NCBI GenBank assembly: GCA_021780115.1
Contig: JAJXZI010000031.1
Coordinates: 1-62,203, forward strand
Direction of reading: 5' to 3'
DNA from: a bacterium
GTDB lineage: Bacteria; Verrucomicrobiota; Verrucomicrobiia; Limisphaerales; JAJXZI01
DNA: 62,203 bases
The translations under genes and the position numbers were made by a program. How positions within the stretch are numbered: position 1 is the stretch's first letter; every line of letters starts with the position of its first letter. Positions 55,433-62,203 of this stretch are shown here, piece after piece. The notes below the pieces were generated by a model, which searched no databases, was not told the DNA's origin, and was given only the letters and a program-made list of their open reading frames with translations.

Positions 55433-55804
55433 GAACTGCGGACATCGCCGCTGCGGAAAGGAACGGCAGGTGGGAGCGGATTAATTCCGTGCCGATCACC
55501 GGCGGCGGAGGAGGCTCTTGCCCCCGTGGATGCGGCGTGGGCGGCCCTGAGTTGGGAGCCCGGGGTGGGAGGTGGGTGCGGCCGAGAGGAACCGGCGCAA
55601 GGGGCTTATTCCCTGACTTGCTGCAAGGATGTGCGTGATCATCTGGGTAATGTGCTCAGATCGTGTAGGACAAAAGCGCAGATCGGTCTTGGCGCATCCG
55701 GGGAGGGGGCGTGCCGGTTCCGGCTGGACCGGCTTCTTGGTGTTCTTGGCCACGCAGGAGATCGGAACGCCGCTCCGGCGTTCCGCGGCAAAGCATCCGC
55801 GCCC

Positions 55805-57046
55805 TCACCCCCAGATTTGCCGATCCAGCGAACGATATTGGATGGCTTCCGAAACGTGGTCCGGGGCGATGCGTTCCACGCCGGCGAGGTCGGCGATCGT
55901 GCGTGCCACTTTCAGGACGCGGTCGTAGGCACGCGCGCTCAGGTTCAGGTCGGTCATGGCAAACTGGAGCAGCCCTTTGGCCGCCTCGTCCAGGGCGCAA
56001 AACTGTTTGAGTTCGCGCGTGCCCATGCAGGCGTTGCAGGTGACTCTGGGCCGGTCGCGGAAGCGCGCCTGCTGCCGCTGGCGCGCGGCGACGACCCGCG
56101 CCCGGATTTGCGCGGAAGATTCCCCGGTCTGTTCGGCGCTGATCTCGCGGAACTTCACCGGCGGCACCTCCACGTGCAGGTCCACGCGGTCCAGCAGCGG
56201 GCCGGAGATGCGGCCCAAGTAGCTCTGGATTTCCCGCGGCGAACACCGGGATTCGCCGGGCATCTTGCCGTCCGGCGTGGGATTCATCGCGGCCACGAGC
56301 ATGAACTGGGACGGAAAGGTCATCGTGCCGGCCGCGCGGGAGATTGTGACGTGGCCGTCTTCGAGGGGTTGGCGCAGCGTTTCCAGCACGCTGCGTTTGA
56401 ACTCCGGCAGCTCATCCAGGAACAAGACGCCGTGGTGCGCGAGGGAAATCTCGCCGGGCGTGGGGTTGATGTTGCCGCCCAGCAGGCCGGCGTCGCTGGC
56501 CGTGTGGTGCGGCGCCCGGAAGGGCCGCCGCGTGACCAGCGCCTGGCCGGGCTGGAGCAGGCCGACGATGCTGTGGATCTTGGTCGTCTCCAGGGATTCA
56601 GCCAGGGTGAGCGGCGGCAGAATGGTGGGCAGCCGTTTGGCCAGCATGGATTTGCCGGTCCCTGCTGTGCCCAGGAGCAGGACGTTGTGCCCCCCGGCGG
56701 CGGCCACTTCAAGGGCGCGCTTGACCGATTCCTGGCCTTTCACTTCGGCGAAGTCCAGGTCGTCGTCGCCCGACTGCTCAAACATTTTCGTGACGTCCAC
56801 CTTCACCGGCGCGAGCTTCAATTCGCCTTCCAGGAAACTGGCCGCCTCGCGCAGGTTCTGGACCGGAATGACCTGCAAGCCCTCCACGACCGCGGCCTCC
56901 CGCGCGTTCTCCGCCGGCACCAGCACCCCGACCTTGCCGTCGGCGCGCGCCCGCAGCGCCACGGGCAGCACGCCTTTGACGGAACGCACTCCGTCTGTTG
57001 GGAATCGGCGACCGCACGATCCACCGCAAGAGAACGGCAGCCTCAC
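55805..57046 (-). pseudogene. comM: YifB/ComM Mg-chelatase-like AAA+ ATPase, 5'-truncated
   Basis: Homology starts at residue ~19 of the ORF (GVRSVKGVLPVALRARADGKVGVLVPAENAREAA...) and continues through FAEVKGQESVKRALEVAAAGGHNVLLLGTAGTGKSMLAKRL, GVLFLDELPEF and the C-terminal MCM-like domain. The N-terminal Lon/ChlI-like domain normally found upstream (roughly 80-100 residues, from memory) is absent in all frames. The first 18 codons are nonsense-like. Confidence 0.65.
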
Positions 57047-57294
57047 TGCATTTCAGACGGTTGCGCCGCTACCCATCCTCGCCCAAAACGCTCGGTGAAC
57101 ACCTCCGCAAGAAGCGGATTGACCTGTCGTTGTCCATGACGCAACTGGCTCATTTACTCGGACTTGATGTCAGTGACAGCTCCATCGAGAAGTGGGAAAA
57201 GAACCGGCAGTATCCGTCGCCGAAACACCGGGCGGTCCTTGTTGAATTCCTTGGATGGGATCCGGAGTCGGCCACACCGACCGGCGACTTTTGA
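56998..57294 (+). CDS. XRE-family helix-turn-helix protein, probably 5'-truncated
   Basis: PKTLGEHLRKKRIDLSLSMTQLAHLLGLDVSDSSIEKWEKNRQYPSPKHRAVLVEFLGWDP is a classic HTH_3 module. There is no ATG start (only a TTG at 56998), and the reading frame begins inside the comM junction. Confidence 0.5.
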   Translation: MGIGDRTIHRKRTAASLHFRRLRRYPSSPKTLGEHLRKKRIDLSLSMTQLAHLLGLDVSDSSIEKWEKNRQYPSPKHRAVLVEFLGWDPESATPTGDF

Positions 57295-57497
57295 CCGCAT
57301 GCCTGTCGGGTTTTGGTGAGCGCGTCTCACGCTGTCGCCCGACACCGTCTGACCATTCTATCGCATTCCATCCCCCTCCACGCACCTTCCTCGCCGTACA
57401 GCCCTCGGCGGGGTGCGGCGCGGCGCCTCACAAATCCTGAACGTGATTGGCTCATTCGATCAACCGCGCGGAGGCTGGGCGGGGCTCACCCGTCGGC

Positions 57498-58037
57498 TCA
57501 CCGGCCGCGGGACATTTTGGGAACTTGGCCCGAGTAGGTTTCGCTGTGAGACAGATGCCCCTGCCAGTTGCGAATGTAGTTGAACGCCAGGGCCGGATCG
57601 TCGATTAAGAGCAGATTCTCGGCATTGTTGTCTTCGGCCGCTTTGGTGAAATTAAAGGAGCCAGTGATGACCTCGCGGCCGTCGATCACCATGATCTTGT
57701 TGTGGGCGATGGCGTGCCGGGCGTCGATCCAAGTCGGGACGCCCGCGTGCAGCAGGAAGTCCGCCGCCGAATAGCGCTCACTGCGCTGGCTCTTGTCCAG
57801 GATCACCCGCACCTGGACGCCGCGCTTGTTCGCGTCCACCAACGCCTTGGCAATCGGCCCCGACGTAAACGAATACGCCTGGACGAGAATATTCGACCTT
57901 GCCTGGCCCAGCGCGTTCACCACAGCCGCGGTGCAGCCGCCGTGCGGCGAGAAAAAGACCTGAATGGTGCCGGCGCAGAAGCCGGAAATCGGCAGGACCG
58001 CGACCAATGTCGCAAGGAGGAGACTCTTGAGTCGCAT
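57498..58037 (-). CDS. Secreted phospholipase-D-family endonuclease (Nuc-like, single HKD)
   Basis: ATG at 58037 gives MRLKSLLLATLVAVLPISGFCAG, a signal peptide. The body reads VFFSPHGGCTAAVVNALGQARSNILVQAYSFTS.PIAKALVDA.KRGVQVRVILDKSQ and HAIAHNKIMVIDGREVITGSFNFTKAAEDNNAENLLLI, which carries the HxK(x)4D(x)6GSxN motif. Confidence 0.85.
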   Translation of the reverse strand: MRLKSLLLATLVAVLPISGFCAGTIQVFFSPHGGCTAAVVNALGQARSNILVQAYSFTSGPIAKALVDANKRGVQVRVILDKSQRSERYSAADFLLHAGVPTWIDARHAIAHNKIMVIDGREVITGSFNFTKAAEDNNAENLLLIDDPALAFNYIRNWQGHLSHSETYSGQVPKMSRGR

Positions 58038-58654
58038 AGGTATCGTTGCAGTTCGCGCGCAGGCGCAAAATGGGCCGTTGCACGCGAGGAAGCAAGCGAG
58101 AACCCGGATCCCACTCGGAGACACATTCAGGGGCTGCGATGATCGCCCCAAACAGGCACCGATCATCACCGGCGAGCCGTTGCTGACCCGTCTTGAGATC
58201 GGTTTTGGGTGCTGGTAGCCGGAACGGTAAGCCACGTTTCCCTTCGGCCGGACGGGGAATTGATCCCGCACGGGACCGACTGGACTGGCGAGAAACAGTT
58301 TCTCCAACGTCACTGCGCCGAACGGTCGAGGAACAACTCCGTTCGGTTCCCCTAGTGCTCGCACCCGCCACGCCCAGCCGGATTCTGCTTGCTGTCGGAG
58401 CCTTTCTCCGCCGGCCGCTTGGCGGAGATGTGTTCGGGGCTGTCGAAACAGATGTGCATGCGAACGCCGCTTCCTGATCGTCGAATCGCCCGGAGTCGAG
58501 GACATGGTGCCACAAGGTTCCCCTCAGGCCTCGGAGTCTGATGCTACCGGCCCGTCCGCCCAATGCAATCCCGATCATCGAGCCCGATGAACTGCGACGG
58601 CGAGGGTTTGATGCTTGAATCGGCCTTCTTCCCGGATTAGCCTCGCCGGTCTTC

Positions 58655-61414
58655 ATGAAGCCGGAAGAAAAGGCACGTCTGGGAATTGACCGGCAACTGG
58701 TCGCTTGCGGGTGGGCTATCCAGGATCGCTCCAGCCTGAACCTGTCCGCCGCGCGCGGCGTTGCCGTCCGCGCGGTCTCGATGAAGCGCGGCCATGGCGA
58801 AACCGATTATCTGCTCTATGCCGACGCCAAAGCCATCGGCACGGTCGAGGCCAAACCCGAAGGTTGGACGTTGCGTGGTGTCGAGGAGCAATCCGGCAAA
58901 TACTCCGCTGGCCTGCCGCCCAACTTCCCCGCATGGTGCGATCCGCTCCCGTTCGCCTACGAAAGCACCGGTGTCGAAACCTGCTTTACCAACAAGCTCG
59001 AACCCGAGCCACGCAGCCGCGAAGTCTTCGCCTTTCACCGACCCGAAACGCTGGTTGCCTGGGTGCAAGAAGTCGCCCAACTCCGCGAGCGCCTCCTCCA
59101 TCTGCCCCCGCTCATCACGCACTACCTCTGGCCGGCGCAGACCCGCGCTCTCAACGGCATCGAGCGCTCGCTCGCCCAAAACCGCCCCCGTTCGCTCGCT
59201 CAGGGCGCGACCGGCAGCGGCAAGACCTTCATTGCCGTCAACCTCGCCTATCGCCTCGTCAAGTTCGCCAACGCCCGGCGCATCCTCTTCCTGGTGGACC
59301 GCGGCAATCTTGGCCGCCAGGCGCTCAAGGAATTCCAGCAATTCATCGCGCCCGACGACGGCCGCAAGTTCACCGAGCTTTACAACGTCCAACACCTGCA
59401 ATCGAACAATCTTGATCCCGTCAGCCGCATTTGCATCACAACGATCCAGCGCCTCTACTCGATGCTCAAAGGCGAAGCCGAATTGCCGCCCGACCTGGAC
59501 GAGAAATCCGGCTTCGATGTCGCCGACGCCTTTTTCAAAGAGCCAATGCCCGTAGCCTACAATCCGCTGATTCCCATCGAGACGTTCGACGTGATCATCG
59601 TGGACGAATGCCATCGCTCCATTTACAACCTCTGGCGCCAGGTGCTCGAATACTTCGACGCTTTCTTGATCGGCCTCACCGCCACGCCCTCGAAAGAAAC
59701 CTTCGGCTATTTCCACCAAAATCTGGTCACCGAGTATTCGCACGAGGAGGCCGTGGCCGATGGGGTCAACGTCAACTACGACGTTTATCGCATCCGCACC
59801 CAAATCACCGAACACGGCTCCAAAGTGGACGCCGGCTTCTTTGTCGATAAACGCCGCCGCCAGACCCGTAAAGTCCGCTGGGAAAAACTCACCGACGACC
59901 TCGAATACGACGGCAACCAACTTGACCGCGACGTGGTTGCGCCCGACCAAATCCGCACGGTCATCCGAGCCTTCCGCGACAAATTGTTCACCGAGATTTT
60001 TCCGGGGCGCAAGGACGTGCCGAAGACCCTCATCTACGCCAAGGACGACAGCCACGCCGACGACATCGTTGAAATCGTCCGCCAAGAATTCGGCAAGGGA
60101 AACGACTTCTGCAAAAAGATCACTTACAAGACGACCGGCGAGAGCACCGACGCGCTCATCGCCCAGTTCCGCAACAGCTACTTCCCCCGCGTTGCCGTCA
60201 CCGTGGACATGATCGCCACCGGCACCGACATCAGGCCGCTGGAAATCGTTTTCTTCATGCGCTCAGTCCGGTCGCGCACCTTCTTCGAGCAGATGAAAGG
60301 CCGCGGCGTGCGGGTCATCTCCGACACCGACTTCCAATCCGTCACGCCTGACGCCCGCGCCAAGACCCATTTCATCATCGTGGATGCTGTGGGCGTGTGC
60401 GAGCGGGACAAAACCGATTCGCGCCCGCTGGAGCGCAAACGCTCCGTGCCGTTCGACCAGCTCCTTGAAGCCGTCGCCTTCGGCCAGCGTCAGGAGGACC
60501 TGCTCACCTCCGTTGCCGCCCGCCTTGCGCGCCTGGAACGCCAACTCGAACCGAACGAGCACGCCGAGATTCAGATGCTCGCGAACAACGTGCCGCTCTC
60601 CGCCGTCACGCGCCAACTCCTCGACGCGCTGAACCCCGACCGCGCCGTCGAAACCGCCAAGACCCAGTTCAAGACCACCGCACCGACACAGGAACAAATC
60701 AAGCAAGCCGGCAAGGAACTGGTGGAAAGCGCCGTCGCGCCCATCGCCACGAATCCCGCCTTCCGCAACCGGCTCATCGAGCTTCAAAGAGAAAAAGAGC
60801 AGACGATTGACACCGTCAGCAAAGACCGCGTCCTCGCGGCGGGCTTCGACGCGAATGCCCTCGACGCCGCGCGCGGCTTGGTGAACTCCTTCGAGCAATT
60901 CCTCACCGAGCACAAGGACGAGATCACTGCTCTGCAAATCCTCTACAGCCGCCCGCACCGGCAGCGGTTGAAGTTTGCCGACATCAAGGAACTCGCCGAA
61001 GCCATCGAGAAACCGCCGCGCCGCTGGACCACGCAAAACCTCTGGCACGCCTACGAGTTGCTGGACAAATCCAAGGTGCGCGGCAGTGGCAAGCACATAT
61101 TGTCGGACATCGTCTCGCTCGTGCGCTTCGCCTTGCACGAGGATGAGACCCTTGCCCCGTTCTACGAGAGCGTGGACCAACGGTTCGCCAACTGGCTTGC
61201 CCAGCAGAAGGCATTGGGCCGGACGTTCACTGCCGACCAATTGCGCTGGCTCGAAATGGTTCGCGACCATGTGGCCACTTCGCTGGCGATTGAGCCGGAC
61301 GATTTCGAGCTGTCGCCGTTCAACCAGCAGGGCGGTTTGGGAAAAGCCCACCAACTGTTCGGCAACACGCTCCCCACTCTGCTGGAGGAACTCAACCAGG
61401 TCCTTGCGGCATGA
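58655..61414 (+). CDS. hsdR: Type I restriction endonuclease R subunit (EcoEI-like, with EcoEI_R_C-type C-terminal domain)
   Basis: The N-terminal PD-(D/E)xK nuclease is GETDYLLYADAKAIGTVEAKPEG. The SF2 helicase motifs are GATGSGKT, IIVDECHRS and GLTATP. The long helical C-terminal domain contains LQILYSRP...FADIKELAEAI and ERFANWL. Confidence 0.9.
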   Translation: MKPEEKARLGIDRQLVACGWAIQDRSSLNLSAARGVAVRAVSMKRGHGETDYLLYADAKAIGTVEAKPEGWTLRGVEEQSGKYSAGLPPNFPAWCDPLPFAYESTGVETCFTNKLEPEPRSREVFAFHRPETLVAWVQEVAQLRERLLHLPPLITHYLWPAQTRALNGIERSLAQNRPRSLAQGATGSGKTFIAVNLAYRLVKFANARRILFLVDRGNLGRQALKEFQQFIAPDDGRKFTELYNVQHLQSNNLDPVSRICITTIQRLYSMLKGEAELPPDLDEKSGFDVADAFFKEPMPVAYNPLIPIETFDVIIVDECHRSIYNLWRQVLEYFDAFLIGLTATPSKETFGYFHQNLVTEYSHEEAVADGVNVNYDVYRIRTQITEHGSKVDAGFFVDKRRRQTRKVRWEKLTDDLEYDGNQLDRDVVAPDQIRTVIRAFRDKLFTEIFPGRKDVPKTLIYAKDDSHADDIVEIVRQEFGKGNDFCKKITYKTTGESTDALIAQFRNSYFPRVAVTVDMIATGTDIRPLEIVFFMRSVRSRTFFEQMKGRGVRVISDTDFQSVTPDARAKTHFIIVDAVGVCERDKTDSRPLERKRSVPFDQLLEAVAFGQRQEDLLTSVAARLARLERQLEPNEHAEIQMLANNVPLSAVTRQLLDALNPDRAVETAKTQFKTTAPTQEQIKQAGKELVESAVAPIATNPAFRNRLIELQREKEQTIDTVSKDRVLAAGFDANALDAARGLVNSFEQFLTEHKDEITALQILYSRPHRQRLKFADIKELAEAIEKPPRRWTTQNLWHAYELLDKSKVRGSGKHILSDIVSLVRFALHEDETLAPFYESVDQRFANWLAQQKALGRTFTADQLRWLEMVRDHVATSLAIEPDDFELSPFNQQGGLGKAHQLFGNTLPTLLEELNQVLAA

Positions 61415-61557
61415 GCAACGACCTGACAAACACCGTGCGCAGGTTATGCACATTCCGTGTGGACAACCTGTGCCTGTCTGCTATACTGCTTTCAGCAAAC
61501 CTGCCAAGCCTCTGGCTCTGCCAAGCTCAAACGTGGCGGGTTTTTCTTTTTTCGTGA
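61411..61557 (+). pseudogene. hsdM: Possible N-terminal stub of hsdM (48 codons, only the first ~20 HsdM-like)
   Basis: The ATG overlaps the hsdR stop (ATGA). MSNDLTNTVRRLCTFRVDN loosely resembles the HsdM N-terminal pattern M...L...LW.LC..LRDDG. The remainder is low-complexity and ends in a T-rich tract. Confidence 0.25.
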
Positions 61558-61569
61558 GGGAGCGCGCGC

Positions 61570-61662
61570 ATGAAATACACCAAGCCGCCTCTCACCTTTG
61601 AACAGCAAGCGGACCAGTTGCTTGCGCATGGGAATATCCAGAAATCCCGCTCGTGCCCATGA
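61570..61662 (+). pseudogene. 30-codon N-terminal stub of an Abi_2 (AbiD/AbiF-like) abortive-infection protein
   Basis: MKYTKPPLTFEQQADQLLAHGNIQKSRSCP* matches the characteristic Abi_2 start M.Y.KP.L(T/S)...Q...L..RGL.I.D. A stop follows after 30 codons, and I saw no continuation in other frames. Confidence 0.4.
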
Positions 61663-61699
61663 GCATTCTCGCCGACTGGAGAAATCATCCGCTCTGGCA

Positions 61700-62203
61700 A
61701 TGACGCGAAATTCTCCAACCCCAGCCCAAACGGGGCGAAAGAAATCAGCCCAGGGCAAGGAGCGCTGCGACGCCGACCTGAGTCACGAGTTCCCAAACAC
61801 GTCGAGCCATCGACACCCGAAAGAAAAGACGGACGGCAGATGGAAACGAGTCCGAATTGGCGACGCGCTCCGCCTTGTCAATGGAACAGCGTTTAAGCCA
61901 ACGGACTGGACTCCCGATGGACTGCCGATAGTCCGCATCCAGAATCTCAACAATCCGGACGCCCCCTTCAATCGCTTCAACGGTGAGTTGCCAGAGAAGT
62001 TCCGGCTTCGCGGCGGCGAATTGCTTTTCGCGTGGTCGGGCACACCCGGCACTTCGTTTGGCGCGCATATCTGGCGAGGTGACGATGCTTGGTTAAACCA
62101 ACACATCTTCAACGTCCTGTTCGACAAGAACGAGTGGGACAAGCGGTTCCTTCGGCTTGCCATCAATCAGAACCTCGCTGATTACATCCGCGCCGCGCAC
62201 GGG
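61700..62203 (+). CDS. hsdS: Type I R-M specificity subunit (HsdS), first target-recognition domain; runs off the window end
   Basis: This open frame is not in the ORF track because there is no stop before 62203. WKRVRIGDALRLVNGTAFKPTDWTPDGLPIVRIQNLNNPDAPFNRFNGELPEKFRLRGGELLFAWSGTPGTSFGAHIWRGDDAWLNQHIFNVLF is a typical Methylase_S TRD. The ATG at 61700 gives an odd ~45-aa basic leader, so the true start is uncertain. Confidence 0.7.
   Translation, partial: MTRNSPTPAQTGRKKSAQGKERCDADLSHEFPNTSSHRHPKEKTDGRWKRVRIGDALRLVNGTAFKPTDWTPDGLPIVRIQNLNNPDAPFNRFNGELPEKFRLRGGELLFAWSGTPGTSFGAHIWRGDDAWLNQHIFNVLFDKNEWDKRFLRLAINQNLADYIRAAHG

Noticed and set aside
55433-55804. 85-aa ORF 55496..55753(-) between the glycoside hydrolase and comM
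   Set aside because: It has no signal, no motif, a Pro/Arg-rich composition and no supporting homology that I recognise.
58038-58654. Upstream extension of the Nuc ORF (57498..58505) and ORF 57778..58656(-)
   Set aside because: The extension precedes a perfectly good ATG plus signal peptide at 58037 and has no recognisable similarity. I looked for integrase or transposase remnants in all frames and could not support any.
1-62203. CRISPR arrays, rRNA genes, retron/DGR-like repeats
   Set aside because: No regularly spaced short direct repeats, no rRNA-like segments, and no template/variable repeat pairs were seen on visual inspection of either strand.

Overview
This is a GC-rich chromosomal segment; real reading frames have G/C-dominated third codon positions, and every gene is shadowed by long Arg/Gly/Pro-rich antisense ORFs. 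Gene content suggests a PVC-superphylum bacterium (Verrucomicrobiota/Planctomycetota-like). That assignment is inference only, from the delta-60/Calx-beta secreted repeat protein, DUF2961/GH172, DUF2202, Uma2, giant TPR proteins, many TAT or lipoprotein signals, and frequent ATGA stop/start overlaps. I can support about 45 genes plus one tRNA-Ala(CGC).

Main blocks:
(i) 0.3-13.7 kb: a secreted repeat protein, a hybrid receiver-PAS-HisKA_3 kinase, a flavoprotein disulfide oxidoreductase, a glycoside hydrolase and sugar-isomerase-like enzymes.
(ii) 13.8-18.0 kb: a respiratory module made of a 3-TM/7-haem cytochrome translationally coupled to an 11-haem cytochrome c fused to a cytochrome b domain (ImcH-like plus CbcL-like architectures). 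It also carries a small cytochrome-c-like protein that lacks CXXCH.
(iii) 18.7-27.4 kb: a minus-strand catabolic block of glycosylasparaginase, M19 dipeptidase, GntP/DsdX-type permease, D-Ser/D-Thr dehydratase-aldolase family enzyme and RidA, followed by an isochorismatase-like protein, an SDR and a Zn-ADH.
(iv) 27.6-33.2 kb: a GH172/DUF2961 gene, a graveyard of mobile-element remnants, and a methyltransferase plus ADH pair bracketed by a ~71-bp direct repeat.
(v) 33.5-39.8 kb: a SorA-like sulfite dehydrogenase with a tri-haem cytochrome, two tandem DUF2202 ferritin-like paralogs and a CusRS-like two-component system.
(vi) 40-44.2 kb: rho, a WYL regulator, Uma2, a TIM-barrel enzyme and the tRNA-Ala.
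(vii) 44.9-53.3 kb: an operon with no recognisable enzymatic domain, made of a 1771-aa all-helical TPR giant, two coiled-coil/TPR proteins and a lipoprotein. This is the best candidate for something undescribed.
(viii) 55.8-62.2 kb: a 5'-truncated comM abutting a lower-GC island with an HTH stub, a Nuc-like PLD nuclease and a decayed type I R-M locus.

The window is also unusually rich in short gene stubs. No CRISPR array or rRNA was seen.
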